Positions 29,430 to 40,176 are shown, numbered from the stretch's first letter. The stretch: 64,000 bases of DNA from an uncultured Clostridia bacterium (GCA_964441745.1 CAYTYR010000012.1:1-64000); one strand, 5' to 3'. Notes: generated by a model not told the origin, from the letters alone. Made by a program: numbers and translations.

Positions 29430-30122
29430 TTATTCGCATATTTTCACAAAATTAGTTAGGATCTTTAGCCCAATTTTTTGGCTCTTCTCCGGGTGAAACT
29501 GGCAGGCAAAAAGATTCCCTTTGGCGATTGAAGAACAAAACTCAATACCATAATTCGTGGTCGTAGCGATTATATTTTTATCCTTGGGCTTTACATAATA
29601 CGAATGCACAAAATAGACATAACTATTATCTTTAATACCTTTTAAGATATTCTTATTCTTTACGCTTAACGCACGACATTCGACGCATGACTGTATCTGA
29701 TTCCACCCCATGTGAGGGATCTTTAAACCTGTCACGAATCCCTCCCGGCAAGCGTTGGCGGGCAGGCGCGGGTCGCGGGTCGCGGGTCTGGAAAAATTGA
29801 AGCGAGGAACAGAACCTTTAAAAATACCCAAACCTTTACAGCCGCCGCCTTCCTCACTGGTTTCAAACAACAGTTGTAAACCGAGGCAAATACCCAGAAA
29901 AGGCTTATCTTCAGCAATAACTTTTTTGATACTGCTGATCACCTTAGCTTTTTTCAGGGCTTTCATCGCATCCGGCATCGCTCCGACACCAGGCAGGACT
30001 ACGCCAGAAGCTTTTTCTATGATGTCAGGACTGGCAGTGATCTTAACCTCAGCCCCTAAATTTTCCAGGGCTTTGGCCACACTGCGCAAATTCCCCATTC
30101 CGTAATCTATAATAGCGATCAT
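29430..30122 (-). CDS. hisH: Imidazole glycerol phosphate synthase glutaminase subunit, with two in-frame repeat inserts
   Basis: DYGMGNL, LPGVGA, GICLGLQ, IPHMGWN, YFVHSY, QFHPEKS. Confidence 0.96.
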   Translation of the reverse strand: MIAIIDYGMGNLRSVAKALENLGAEVKITASPDIIEKASGVVLPGVGAMPDAMKALKKAKVISSIKKVIAEDKPFLGICLGLQLLFETSEEGGGCKGLGIFKGSVPRFNFSRPATRDPRLPANACREGFVTGLKIPHMGWNQIQSCVECRALSVKNKNILKGIKDNSYVYFVHSYYVKPKDKNIIATTTNYGIEFCSSIAKGNLFACQFHPEKSQKIGLKILTNFVKICE

Positions 30123-30134
30123 AATTTAACCCTC

Positions 30135-30210
30135 GCAAATGGCATATGGCTTATGGCATATAGTCTAAACCAAACTATTGCTTTTGCAATATGCTATAAG
30201 CTATATGCGC
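30135..30210. repeat. Family B element (empty); contains the hisB stop
   Basis: gcaaatg gcatatg gcttatg gcatata g..ctattgcttttgcaatat gctataa gctatat gc. Confidence 0.88.
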
Positions 30211-30803
30211 CCTTTTGTTGACGGTATTCCTTTAATTCTGGGATCAATCTTGGTTGCCGTATCCAGTGCCCGAGCCAATGCTTTAAAAAGCGCTTCCAGG
30301 ATATGATGCAGATCCTCACCAGCTAAAATATCAATATGAGCATTAACCCCGGCATGCTGGCAGAAGGAACGCAAAAAATGCTTGGCATCCTCAAAACTAT
30401 ATCCTTTTTTATCACGCCGCGGCAAGTTAACGTTTTTATCCACCGTGATATACAGCGACGGGCGGCCGCTAATATCCAGGGTGATCCTGGCCAAAGCTTC
30501 ATCCATTGGCACTCCCGCGCCGCCAAACCGTTTAATGCCTTTTTTATCCGCCAGAGCCCGGTCAAAAGCCTGTCCCAGGCAAATACCCACATCTTCATTA
30601 GTATGATGAATATCCACATCCAAGTCTCCCTTGGCTTTGATCTCCAGGTCAAACAAACCATGTTTAGCAAATAAGCCCAGCATATGATCCAGAAAAGCGA
30701 TGCCGGTTTTAATACTGTAATCCCCGCGGCCATCAATGTTCAGGTTAAGCTGGATCTTAGTTTCCTTGGTATCGCGTTTGATTGTAGAAGTGCGCTTATT
30801 CAT
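30201..30803 (-). CDS. hisB: Imidazoleglycerol-phosphate dehydratase
   Basis: RDTKET, FLDHML, DIHHTNED, PMDEAL, HHILEA, STKG. Confidence 0.96.
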   Translation of the reverse strand: MNKRTSTIKRDTKETKIQLNLNIDGRGDYSIKTGIAFLDHMLGLFAKHGLFDLEIKAKGDLDVDIHHTNEDVGICLGQAFDRALADKKGIKRFGGAGVPMDEALARITLDISGRPSLYITVDKNVNLPRRDKKGYSFEDAKHFLRSFCQHAGVNAHIDILAGEDLHHILEALFKALARALDTATKIDPRIKGIPSTKGRI

Positions 30804-31855
30804 TTTTTCCCTCTCATAAAGTTTTTGACTTCAGCCAGGAATTTCTTGTTTTCCTGCGGCGTTCCGATAGTCACTCTGAGATAATCCCTCAGGTAATTTT
30901 CACTAAAAGCTTTGATCAGAATTTTCTTTTTCAGCAGGTATTTATACAAGTCCTGCGCCTGGTTGCAGGAAAAAAGGATAAAATTAGTTTCACTGGGATA
31001 CGGAGTAACCATTTTTTTTAATTCCTCCATCATGGCTGCCCGTTCCGCTTTGATGATATCCACGGTTTTATTAATCCGCTTGCTGTTTTTTACGATGATC
31101 TCCCCTGCCGCCTGGCTCAGGGCATTTACATTATACGGCAGTTTTACCTTGCCTACTTCCTTAATGACTTCCCGGCTGCCTACCATGTATCCTACCCGCA
31201 AGCCAGCCAGGCCAAAAGCCTTGGACAGAGTCCTGAGGACAATAATATTTTCATATTCAGCGATCTGGTTGATAAATGACCGGTTGGAAAATTCAAAATA
31301 AGCCTCATCAATAACTACGATGCCCCTGGATTTTTCCGCTATCTCAAGAATCTCATCCTTGTTAAAACAGTTACTGGTAGGATTATTGGGATTGGCAATA
31401 AACACTACATCCGGATATTCTTTCAGGATCTTCCTGGCATTTAGCTGAAAGTCCTCTTCCAGGAACACTTCTCTCTTGATGCCCCCGGTTATTTGCGCCA
31501 AGAGGCCATATACAGAAAAGGTTGGGACCGGATACACTATCCGCTTGCCCCAACCACCAAACGTCAGCAATATTGCCAAAATCAATTCATCTGAACCATT
31601 GCCCAGCAGTACTTCTTCCGGCGAGATCTTCAAATATCCGGCAATAGCTTTGCGTAAAGCCATACCCTTCGCATCCGGATACCGGTTAAAAGATATTTGC
31701 TTGATCCTTTGCAAAATTTTCTTCTTCAGGTCTCCCGGCAGGTCATAGGGATTTTCCATCGCGTCAAGCTTGAGATCATAACTCACTTCCGGCACAAAAT
31801 ACGGTTCGAGCGTCCTGATCTCCGGCCGCACTAATCCTTGGATGCTTATTTTCAC
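30800..31855 (-). CDS. hisC: Histidinol-phosphate aminotransferase
   Basis: GNGSDE, NPNNPT, DEAY, RTLSKAFGLAGLRVG. Confidence 0.94.
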   Translation of the reverse strand: MKISIQGLVRPEIRTLEPYFVPEVSYDLKLDAMENPYDLPGDLKKKILQRIKQISFNRYPDAKGMALRKAIAGYLKISPEEVLLGNGSDELILAILLTFGGWGKRIVYPVPTFSVYGLLAQITGGIKREVFLEEDFQLNARKILKEYPDVVFIANPNNPTSNCFNKDEILEIAEKSRGIVVIDEAYFEFSNRSFINQIAEYENIIVLRTLSKAFGLAGLRVGYMVGSREVIKEVGKVKLPYNVNALSQAAGEIIVKNSKRINKTVDIIKAERAAMMEELKKMVTPYPSETNFILFSCNQAQDLYKYLLKKKILIKAFSENYLRDYLRVTIGTPQENKKFLAEVKNFMRGKK

Positions 31856-33012
31856 TTTTTGCCTCTTTGGATCACGCTGGAAGCATGGAACTTAAGGCCC
31901 TCTCTTTCAGCCAGGGCAACTATATTCTGGGCCGCCTTGCCCAATGCTTTCTGCGTATACTCAATGATACTGGAACGTTTCATGAAATCAGCGCTGGATA
32001 AGCCGCTGGAAAACCTGGCTGTACCGCCGGTTGGGAGTACATGGCTCGGGCCGGCATAATAATCACCTACTGCGGTCGGTGAATAATAACCGATAAAAAT
32101 AGCGCCGGCATTGATGATTTTCTTACTTAAGGTTCGCGCATCCCTGGTCAGCAGTTCTACGTGTTCAGGGGCCCGGGCATTGGTAAAGGCGATTATTTCG
32201 TCCATCGTTTTAAACATTTGTATTTTGACATTAGGAAATTTGCCGATCTTGTGTTTGACTATATCCGCCAGTTTTTTAGATTTTGTGCACAATAATGCTT
32301 CTGCGCCACTGGCATGCTCGGCCTGGGCCATCAGGTCAGAAACCACATATTCAGACCGGACCGAATCATCTGCTATTATGATCACTTCACTTGGACCGGC
32401 AATAGAATCAATACCCACTGTCCCGAAAACCAGTTTCTTGGCCATAGCTACATAAGAATTACCCGGGCCCACGATCATATCAACCTTCGGAATAGTTTCC
32501 GTGCCATAGGCTAAAGCAGCGATAGCCTGCGCGCCGCCAATTGAATAGACTTCCTTGATGCCGCACATAGCAGCAGTAGCCAGGACATCATGGGTCACAT
32601 TACCAGGAGGGGTCACCATGACTATCCGTTTCACCCCCGCTACCTGCGCCGGTATGGCGGTCATTAACACCGTAGAAGGATATGGGAATTTGCCGCCGGG
32701 AATATACAAGCCGGCGCTAGCGACGGGTGTGTATTTTTCACCCAGCGTCACGCCACGCCTGGTAATGGACCAGGATTTAGGCAACACTTTGCCTTGGAAA
32801 GTCTCAATATTCTTTTTGATCTTAATGATCGCTTGTTTAAACTCAACCGATACCCTATTTAGGCTTTCTTCCAGCGCTTCTTCAGGTATCCGCAGGGTTT
32901 TTGAGGTCAGGGAAAATCCGTCAAAAACCCTGGTAAATTTTAACAAGGCTTTGTCCCCGTCCTTTTGCACCTCTTCAAGTATGGCTTTCACCATTTTCTC
33001 AATATTTTCCAT
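31852..33012 (-). CDS. hisD: Histidinol dehydrogenase
   Basis: YIPGG, GGAQAIAA, GPGN, AGPSE, QAEH, APEH, SHVLPT. Confidence 0.95.
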   Translation of the reverse strand: MENIEKMVKAILEEVQKDGDKALLKFTRVFDGFSLTSKTLRIPEEALEESLNRVSVEFKQAIIKIKKNIETFQGKVLPKSWSITRRGVTLGEKYTPVASAGLYIPGGKFPYPSTVLMTAIPAQVAGVKRIVMVTPPGNVTHDVLATAAMCGIKEVYSIGGAQAIAALAYGTETIPKVDMIVGPGNSYVAMAKKLVFGTVGIDSIAGPSEVIIIADDSVRSEYVVSDLMAQAEHASGAEALLCTKSKKLADIVKHKIGKFPNVKIQMFKTMDEIIAFTNARAPEHVELLTRDARTLSKKIINAGAIFIGYYSPTAVGDYYAGPSHVLPTGGTARFSSGLSSADFMKRSSIIEYTQKALGKAAQNIVALAEREGLKFHASSVIQRGKK

Positions 33013-33041
33013 AGCAGCTCCATAAAAAATCAGGTTTATTC

Positions 33042-33050
33042 ATTATACCA
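33042..33050 (-). promoter_or_regulatory. Candidate extended -10 promoter (TGgTATAAT) for hisD
   Basis: Minus strand TGGTATAAT about 30 nt upstream of the hisD ATG. Confidence 0.5.
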
Positions 33051-33065
33051 TAAAATAGGTTAAAA

Positions 33066-34319
33066 CTACTCACTAATTCTCTTAATTTTTGCGCCCAATT
33101 TTGCCAATTTTACTTCAATCCGTTCATAGCCGCGGTCCAAATGATAGATACGGGATATTTCTGTTTCTCCCTTAGCTACTAAGCCAGCCAGGATCAAAGC
33201 CGCGCTGGCCCGCAAGTCTGTCGCCATCACCTGGGCTCCGCTTAAGGATTTCACTCCATTGACAAAAGCGCTGTTCCCCTTAAGAACAATGTCCGCCCCC
33301 ATCCTTTGCAGTTCGCCAACATGCATAAAACGGTTCTCAAAGATAGTTTCCGTAAAAATACTCGTACCAGGGGTAATACACATCAGGCTCATCACCTGGG
33401 CTTGCATATCTGTCGGGAAGCCAGGATACGGCATCGTCTCTACTTCCACGGGTTTAATTTTCGGTGAGCCATCTACCAGGATGTCGCCATCTCGTTCTTC
33501 TATCTCCACTCCGGTGCTCTTAAGTTTTTCTACCAAAGCCGCCAAATGGTCAAGACGGGCATTCTTGATCCGTATATCTCCTCCGGTAATAGCGCTGGCG
33601 ACCATAAATGTGCCAGTCTCGATCCGGTCAGGAATAACGGCATGGGTTCCACCACCCAATTCTTTTACCCCTTTGATAGTGATCACTCCAGCGCCTGCTC
33701 CTCTGACCTGCGCGCCCAGAGTATTCAGGAAATCAGCCAGGTCCACTATTTCCGGTTCACAGGCCGCGTTTTCAATCACCGTCCTGCCTTCAGCCAGGAC
33801 CGCGGCCATCATCAGGTTTTCAGTCGCGCCGACACTGGGGAAATCCATGATGATCCGGTTGCCGACCAGCTTTTTCGCTTTTAAAATAACATACCCTTCA
33901 CTGATTTCTACTTTAGCGCCTAGTTTCTTAAAACCATCAAGGTGGATATTGATCGGCCGCAGACCGATCGCACACCCGCCGGGCAAAGCTACCTTTGCTT
34001 CACCCAGCCTGGACAATAACGGGCCTACTACCAATACTGAAGCTCGCATGGTCTTGACTAAGTCATAAGGCGCCATATTTTTTAATTTACCTTTGGCCTG
34101 GTAAACAAAATTGCCTTTTTTCCCCTTAACCTTCATGCCAATAGCCTGGAGCACATCATTCATGGTCTTGATGTCCCGGAGCTGCGGCACATTAAGCAAG
34201 GTGCATTCAGCATCAGTCAGTAACGTGGCTACCTGTATCGGTAAAGTAGCATTCTTACTGCCGCTGATAATTACTTCGCCTTTTAGTTTTTTCCCGCCGG
34301 TAATGATTATTTTGTCCAT
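33066..34319 (-). CDS. murA: UDP-N-acetylglucosamine 1-carboxyvinyltransferase
   Basis: SGSKNA, MRAS, PGGCAIG, SVGATEN, GFPTDMQ, DLRA. Confidence 0.97.
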   Translation of the reverse strand: MDKIIITGGKKLKGEVIISGSKNATLPIQVATLLTDAECTLLNVPQLRDIKTMNDVLQAIGMKVKGKKGNFVYQAKGKLKNMAPYDLVKTMRASVLVVGPLLSRLGEAKVALPGGCAIGLRPINIHLDGFKKLGAKVEISEGYVILKAKKLVGNRIIMDFPSVGATENLMMAAVLAEGRTVIENAACEPEIVDLADFLNTLGAQVRGAGAGVITIKGVKELGGGTHAVIPDRIETGTFMVASAITGGDIRIKNARLDHLAALVEKLKSTGVEIEERDGDILVDGSPKIKPVEVETMPYPGFPTDMQAQVMSLMCITPGTSIFTETIFENRFMHVGELQRMGADIVLKGNSAFVNGVKSLSGAQVMATDLRASAALILAGLVAKGETEISRIYHLDRGYERIEVKLAKLGAKIKRISE

Positions 34320-34327
34320 AATTAACC

Positions 34328-34480
34328 CTAAGTTCTAATTTCGCCTGTTCTCCCTGTTAGTTTTGCCAAGCAAAACTAGGGAGGGAAACCCTAAACAATT
34401 CAAAATTCAGCAATCTTAAAATTCAAATGTTTTGATTTTTGGTAATTTAATATTGTTTAGAATTTCGTATTTAGGATTTG
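34328..34480. repeat. Family C palindromic element with a nested hairpin; contains the prmC stop
   Basis: ctaagtt ctaattt cg[cctgttctccctgttagttttgc-caa-gcaaaactagggaggg]aaacc ctaaacaa ... ttgtttag aatttcg tatttag gatttg. Confidence 0.75.
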
Positions 34481-35367
34481 CCCTTTCCTAATATTATTCT
34501 TTCAATGCCAGAGTAATCTTTCTTAACCTCTATGCTGTTGAAAAGCTTTTCTTTTTCCAGTAATTGCTTTATTTTCCCGGCTTGCCCATACCCAATCTCA
34601 AATGCCAGCAAGCCACCCGGCTGCAGGTAATACCTGGCCTGGGGAATGATCTTGCGATAAAAATCCAGTCCGTCTTTCCCGCCATAAAGAGCGGCTTTTG
34701 GTTCATATCCCACTTCCGGCGGCAGCGAAGAAAAATCTTTGGCATTGACATAAGGCGGATTAGACACGATATAATCGAATTTTTCTTTCAACTTGGCAAA
34801 TAAACTGCCTCTGATCAGCTTCACCTGGGCTTCTACCCGATATTTCTTAATATTTTTTCTGGCAATGCGCAGTGCTTTCGCCGAAGTATCTGTACCAATG
34901 ATTCTGGCTTGGTTAAGATTTTTAGCTAAAGCCACAACTATCGCCCCGCTCCCTACCCCGATCTCCAGTATCTTTGCTTTCCTATTTTCCACCCGCCAAT
35001 TCGTAACTTTTAACTCGCTGACTTCCTTGACTATTTCTTCTACTAACAACTCGGTTTCCGGCCGGGGAATAAGCGCTCCTTTATCAATGACCAGGTCCAG
35101 GCCATAAAATTGCGCGCTTTTTAAAATGTAGCTGGCTGGCATCCTCTGGCTGCGCAAAGCAATATATTTTTTAAAACAACTTAAGTCTTTTTTAGCTGTT
35201 TCTTTTTCTTTTTTTAGAAATAAGTCCAGTTTTTTCAGGCGCAGTACTTGGGAGAGCAACAATTGCGCCTCCAAGGCAGGCTCAGGGACCTTAGCCTGCG
35301 CCAATTGCTCTGTGCCCCAATCTAATAGTTCTCCAACCCGAGAACCGGTATTGGTTATAATTTTCAT
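34471..35367 (-). CDS. prmC: Release factor glutamine methyltransferase
   Basis: [31 protein letters not shown]; follows prfA. Confidence 0.94.
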   Translation of the reverse strand: MKIITNTGSRVGELLDWGTEQLAQAKVPEPALEAQLLLSQVLRLKKLDLFLKKEKETAKKDLSCFKKYIALRSQRMPASYILKSAQFYGLDLVIDKGALIPRPETELLVEEIVKEVSELKVTNWRVENRKAKILEIGVGSGAIVVALAKNLNQARIIGTDTSAKALRIARKNIKKYRVEAQVKLIRGSLFAKLKEKFDYIVSNPPYVNAKDFSSLPPEVGYEPKAALYGGKDGLDFYRKIIPQARYYLQPGGLLAFEIGYGQAGKIKQLLEKEKLFNSIEVKKDYSGIERIILGKGKS

Positions 35368-36437
35368 ATTTCCTTGTGCTCACGCAATTGTTTTAGTTTC
35401 GCTTCTTTTTCCGCCGCCATCATTCCGTTAATCAATTCATCGATCTCGCCTTCCATGATCGCCGGGAGATTATGGCAGGACAATCCTATTCTGTGATCCG
35501 TGATCCGGTCCTGAGGGAAATTATAGGTCCGTATTTTCTCGCTGCGGTCACCGGAGCCGATCTGCGACTTGCGGTTCACGGATAAAGCTTTATCCTTTTC
35601 CTCCCGTTCCCTTTCCAATAACCTGGCCATCAGCACTTTCATGGCTTTAGCCCGGTTCTTGATCTGGGAACGTTCATCCTGGCACTGTACGATCAAGCCA
35701 GAAGGTATATGGATAATACGTACCGCGGAATAGGTGGTATTGACGCACTGGCCGCCAGGCCCGCCGGCACAATAGGTATCGATCCGCAAATCTTCAGGAT
35801 TTATTTTAATATCCACATCTTCAGCTTCCGGCAATACAGCTACAGTCACCGTAGAGGTATGGACCCGGCCGCTAGCCTCAGTTTCCGGCACCCGCTGTAC
35901 CCGGTGCACGCCGCTCTCAAATTTAAGATGCTTAAATACATCTGTGCCGCTGATATTGAAAATTACTTCTTTGAAACCATTCTTGTCAGTAGCATGGGAA
36001 TCCAAAACATCCACTTTCCAGCCCATCTTACTGGCGTATTTAGTATACATGCGGTATAATTCAGCCGCAAACAAGGCTGCTTCTTCCCCGCCGGCACCGG
36101 CCCGTATTTCCATGATGATATCTTTTGAGTCAGCCGGGTCAGCTGGTATCAGCAGCATCGTGAGCTCTTTTTCCAGGATTTCCCGCTGTTTATTTAGTTC
36201 AGGTAATTCTTCCTGCGCCAGGGCTTTCATCTCTGCATCCTGTCCCTGCAGTATTTCCTGCACATGCTTCAGCTCAGCCAAGACTTTCGTATATTCGGTA
36301 TACTTGACCACGGTTTTTTGCAAGCCCGCATGTTCTTTGGCCAATTTCTGAAAATCCTGCCCGCTCACTGTCCCATTGGACATTAACTGGCTCAGTTCCT
36401 CATATCTTTGCTTTATTTTTTCTAGTTTATCTAACAC
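35364..36437 (-). CDS. prfA: Peptide chain release factor 1
   Basis: [32 protein letters not shown]. Confidence 0.97.
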   Translation of the reverse strand: MLDKLEKIKQRYEELSQLMSNGTVSGQDFQKLAKEHAGLQKTVVKYTEYTKVLAELKHVQEILQGQDAEMKALAQEELPELNKQREILEKELTMLLIPADPADSKDIIMEIRAGAGGEEAALFAAELYRMYTKYASKMGWKVDVLDSHATDKNGFKEVIFNISGTDVFKHLKFESGVHRVQRVPETEASGRVHTSTVTVAVLPEAEDVDIKINPEDLRIDTYCAGGPGGQCVNTTYSAVRIIHIPSGLIVQCQDERSQIKNRAKAMKVLMARLLEREREEKDKALSVNRKSQIGSGDRSEKIRTYNFPQDRITDHRIGLSCHNLPAIMEGEIDELINGMMAAEKEAKLKQLREHKEI

Positions 36438-36454
36438 ATTGAACTCCTAAAAAT

Positions 36455-36572
36455 AATTCTAAATGCTAAATTCTATCGCTACGCTTATGCCAAATAATGG
36501 TAAGAATCTAACCTCAATTTATAATAAGTTCCGCAGGAACGATGTAATTTGGCATTTGTAATTTGGGCATTC
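36455..36572. repeat. Degenerate family C element with mini-hairpin gttcc-gca-ggaac
   Basis: aattcta aatgcta aattcta ... atttggc atttgta atttgg. Confidence 0.55.
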
Positions 36573-36581
36573 TACACCAAG

Positions 36582-37523
36582 CTAAGGGACAACTTCAATG
36601 TCATCGCTGCTTACTTCGACTCTTTCTGCTTCCAGGCGCAATACTTCCTTCAGCGCCGCGATCGCAACTTCTTGCTGTTTGTCATCCGGCGTTTTGGTAG
36701 TCAAATTCTGCAGCCACAATCCCGGAGCGATCAGCATTTTGGTAAATATATTCCTCTTCCGGTCCGCCCATTTAATAATCTCATAGCTAAATCCCGCAAT
36801 GAACGGGATAAAAACAATGCGGATTCCAACTTTTACCAGGGTCTGGTATAGTTTGGGCCATTCCTTGCTGACCGGCACAATAGAGAAGACGATGATCGCC
36901 ACTACCATCACTACCATTAAGAAGGCCGTACCGCAGCGCGGATGGAGCGGCGAATACTTCTGCGTATTTTCCACAGTCAACTCTTCCTTGGCTTCATGGG
37001 CAAAAACAGCTTTATGTTCCGCGCCGTGATACTGGAATACCCTCTTGATATCAGCCATCATGCTAATAACATAGATATAGCCGATAAAGAAAATTATCCT
37101 GATGATACCGTCTATCACATTAAACCAGAATCCGTAACTTACCAGCTTGGCAGTGAGAAAATAAGGGACAATCACGAACAGGCCGATGCCAAAGGTAAAG
37201 GCAAACGCAAAGGTGCTAACCCACATCCAGGTGTTATCTTTCTTTTTTTCTTGCTCTTTCTGCAGTTCCACCATCTGGACATCAGCGGAATAATTCAGGG
37301 CTTTGACCCCCAGGACCAGGCTTTCGACCAATACGACGATGCCCCGCAAAAGGAATTTCTTGAATATGGGGTATTTTTTAGTAATGGATTTTACTTCGTC
37401 AGCTTTAATGACGATCTCACCCTGCGGATTACGGACAGCCACAGCATAGTAATGCGGTGACCGCATCATAACGCCCTCTAAGACAGCCTGGCCGCCTATT
37501 TTAATTTCCTTTGTATCTGCCAA
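36582..37523 (-). CDS. DUF1385 family membrane protein
   Basis: GGQAVLEGVMMR, FQYHGAEHK, HPRCGT; typical rpmE-prfA neighbour; TTG start with GAGGAG RBS. Confidence 0.9.
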   Translation of the reverse strand: MADTKEIKIGGQAVLEGVMMRSPHYYAVAVRNPQGEIVIKADEVKSITKKYPIFKKFLLRGIVVLVESLVLGVKALNYSADVQMVELQKEQEKKKDNTWMWVSTFAFAFTFGIGLFVIVPYFLTAKLVSYGFWFNVIDGIIRIIFFIGYIYVISMMADIKRVFQYHGAEHKAVFAHEAKEELTVENTQKYSPLHPRCGTAFLMVVMVVAIIVFSIVPVSKEWPKLYQTLVKVGIRIVFIPFIAGFSYEIIKWADRKRNIFTKMLIAPGLWLQNLTTKTPDDKQQEVAIAALKEVLRLEAERVEVSSDDIEVVP

Positions 37524-37625
37524 TATATTCTCCTCTACCTGGTACCCGGAACAGGTTTTTTGGTATGTACTAAACAACAAGGACAGAGTTCATCTGTCCT
37601 TGTTGTTGGTACGTATTTAAATAAG

Positions 37626-37943
37626 CTAAGAGTTCTTTTTTTCGGTTTCAGCTGCCGGCGCTTCTTTTTTTGTTTTCTTAGTACTGGCTTTTTCCTTGGC
37701 CGCGGCTTTGGCCTTTTTACCTTTTGCTCTCTTGACCTCACCGGTCTTCTTAGCCATTTTCTTCTGGAATTTTTCCACCATTCCAGCGGTGTCCACCAAC
37801 TTCTGCTTACCGGTATAGAACGGGTGGCAAGCGGAACAGATTTCTACGTGAATGTTTTGCTTGGTTGACCGTGTCGGGTAAGTTGCTCCGCAGGCGCACT
37901 TGATCACAGTCTCCTTATACTCTGGATGTATTCCCTCTTTCAT
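37626..37943 (-). CDS. rpmE: 50S ribosomal protein L31 (Cys-containing type) with Lys/Ala-rich tail
   Basis: [26 protein letters not shown]. Confidence 0.95.
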   Translation of the reverse strand: MKEGIHPEYKETVIKCACGATYPTRSTKQNIHVEICSACHPFYTGKQKLVDTAGMVEKFQKKMAKKTGEVKRAKGKKAKAAAKEKASTKKTKKEAPAAETEKKNS

Positions 37944-37960
37944 GAACTTCCTCCTCTTTT

Positions 37961-38040
37961 TAGCGGGTAGCGTTAAGCGGGTAGCGTATAGAAAATCAAC
38001 TTGCTTTTCCTATCCGCTATACGCCATACGCTATACGCTA
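37961..38040. repeat. Family A element
   Basis: tagcggg tagcgtt aagcggg tagcgta tagaaaatcaacttgcttttcc tatccgc tatacgc catacgc tatacgc ta. Confidence 0.92.
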
Positions 38041-38047
38041 TTTTATG

Positions 38048-39322
38048 TTATTTTCCATTAAACTCCATCGATTTCAGGAATTCTTTATTGGACTTTGTTT
38101 TGCGTGTTTTCTCCGAGACCAGCTCCATCGCTTCCACCACATTGAGCGGGCTGAGCACTTTCCGCAGGATCCATACTTTGTTCAGTTCTTCTTCACTAAG
38201 CAGTAATTCCTCGCGGCGGGTACCGGAGCGATTGATGTCCAGGGCTGGGAACACGCGCTTGTCCACCAGCCGGCGGTCCAGGATCATTTCCATATTGCCA
38301 GTACCCTTAAATTCTTCAAAAATAACTTCATCCATCCGGGAACCTGTTTCTACCAGCGCCGTCGCTATAATAGTTAAACTGCCCCCTTCTTCAATATTGC
38401 GGGCAGCACCGAAGAATCTTTTAGGCCTTTGCAGGGCATTGGAGTCAACGCCGCCGCTCAGGACCTTGCCGCTTGGCGGCACCGTGGCATTGTACGCCCG
38501 CGCCAGCCTGGTTATGCTGTCTAGTAATATTACCACATCTTTCTTCTGTTCGACAAGCCTTTTCGCTTTCTCTATGACCATTTCCGCTACCTGGATGTGC
38601 CGTTCGCCTGGTTCATCAAAGGTGGAAGAGATCACTTCACCTTTGACCGAGCGCTGCATATCTGTCACTTCTTCCGGCCGTTCGTCGATCAAAAGCACGA
38701 TTAAGACCACTTCCGGATGGTTAGTACTGATGGCGTTGGCTATTTTTTGCAGCAGGATGGTCTTACCGGCACGCGGCGGCGAGACGATCAAACCTCTCTG
38801 CCCTTTGCCAATCGGGGTGAACATATCCATAATACGCATGGATATTTCTTCCTGCTTAGTTTCCAGCGTAAGCTTAGCTTGCGGATAAAGCGGGGTCAGG
38901 TTATCAAATAAGATCCTTTTCTTTATATCATCCGGGTTAGCGCCGTTAACAGCTTCGATCTTGAGCAAGGCAAAATACCGCTCGCCTTCCTTGGGCGGGC
39001 GTACTTGGCCGCTGATAGTATCGCCTTTACGCAGGTCAAACCGGCGGATCTGGCTGGGAGAGACATAAATATCATCCGGCCCAGATAAATAGTTATACTG
39101 GGGAGAACGTAAAAAACCAAAGCCATCTGGTAATATCTCCAGGGTGCCTTCGTCAAACACCAGGCCATTCTTCTCAGTCTGTGCCTGCAGGATCTTAAAG
39201 ATGATCTCCTGCTTTTTCAGTCCGCTGACTGATTCAAGCTTTAGTTCTTTGGCTATGTCCGTCAAATCGGATATAGTCTTTTTTCCCAAGGCAGCCATAT
39301 CTAAAGCGGCGCCATTTTCCAT
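38048..39322 (-). CDS. rho: Transcription termination factor Rho
   Basis: [37 protein letters not shown]. Confidence 0.98.
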   Translation of the reverse strand: MENGAALDMAALGKKTISDLTDIAKELKLESVSGLKKQEIIFKILQAQTEKNGLVFDEGTLEILPDGFGFLRSPQYNYLSGPDDIYVSPSQIRRFDLRKGDTISGQVRPPKEGERYFALLKIEAVNGANPDDIKKRILFDNLTPLYPQAKLTLETKQEEISMRIMDMFTPIGKGQRGLIVSPPRAGKTILLQKIANAISTNHPEVVLIVLLIDERPEEVTDMQRSVKGEVISSTFDEPGERHIQVAEMVIEKAKRLVEQKKDVVILLDSITRLARAYNATVPPSGKVLSGGVDSNALQRPKRFFGAARNIEEGGSLTIIATALVETGSRMDEVIFEEFKGTGNMEMILDRRLVDKRVFPALDINRSGTRREELLLSEEELNKVWILRKVLSPLNVVEAMELVSEKTRKTKSNKEFLKSMEFNGK

Positions 39323-39473
39323 AAATACATCCTCCTATAATACGTGCAAATAAACCTATATTTGCTAGAATAGGTTGTCGATTAAACATTGTTTTTGGGA
39401 TTTGAAACTTGCTTGCAAATGGGGAGAACTCCTGTAGGTGAATAAAGCAGTATTGCCATTTGTATTTATATAA

Positions 39474-39502
39474 AGTATACCTGAAAAACCCTTATTCGTC
39501 AA
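39474..39502 (-). promoter_or_regulatory. Sigma70-type promoter for rho (TTGACG-N17-TATACT)
   Basis: -35 at 39497-39502, -10 at 39474-39479, about 145-nt leader. Confidence 0.7.
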
Positions 39503-40080
39503 GCTAATTTTATAAATAATTCTTTGGCAGCAGTCTTAAAGGCAGCCAAGGCCTGGTCGCCGTCAAGCATATAGTCACAGGAAGATATCTTCTCCCCATG
39601 GAAGGGCATGGAATTGATCCGGTCCATCGCCTGCTCCCGGGAGAGATTACGCTCTTCGGTCAGGCGCTTGAGCTGGTTATACTGGGATACCCGCACCACC
39701 ACGATCTGATCAAACAACTTTTCAGCCTTGGCCTCAAACAATACGGCCATATCAGCTACCACTACTTTACTTTTGGCAGCTGCCAGCTGTTTTCCCAGCT
39801 CTTTTACTATCGCCGGATACATGATCTTGTCCAATTTCACCAGTTTTTTCTTATCGGCAAAAACCATGGACCCTAATGCCGCCCGGGAGATAGTATTATT
39901 ATCATTCAATATATCCTTTCCAAAAACCTTGACTACCTGCTGCCAGATCCTGGTCTTGGGATGGTACAGGTCATGCGCCAATTCATCCACATCAATGACC
40001 TTAGCTCCCATCTTTTTCCATACTTCAGCTACAGTCGTCTTCCCTGAAGCAATATTCCCTGTTAAACCTATTTTAATCAT
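39499..40080 (-). CDS. coaE: Dephospho-CoA kinase
   Basis: IGLTGNIASGKTTV, LFE; polA-mutM-coaE synteny. Confidence 0.92.
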   Translation of the reverse strand: MIKIGLTGNIASGKTTVAEVWKKMGAKVIDVDELAHDLYHPKTRIWQQVVKVFGKDILNDNNTISRAALGSMVFADKKKLVKLDKIMYPAIVKELGKQLAAAKSKVVVADMAVLFEAKAEKLFDQIVVVRVSQYNQLKRLTEERNLSREQAMDRINSMPFHGEKISSCDYMLDGDQALAAFKTAAKELFIKLA

Positions 40081-40096
40081 GCTAACCCTTCCTGAT

Positions 40097-40173
40097 GCGG
40101 ATAGCGTTTAGCGGGTAGCGTATAGAAAATCAATTGCTCTTCCTATCCGCTATACGCCATACGCTATACGCTA
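40097..40173. repeat. Family A element
   Basis: Arms identical to the reverse complement of 50613-50691. Confidence 0.92.
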
Positions 40174-40176
40174 AAA

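Noticed and set aside
38001-38888. Long plus-strand ORFs (also 22830-23612, 33259-34068, 56791-57516, 57597-58373)
   Set aside because: Antisense shadows of well-conserved minus-strand genes, with no protein motifs
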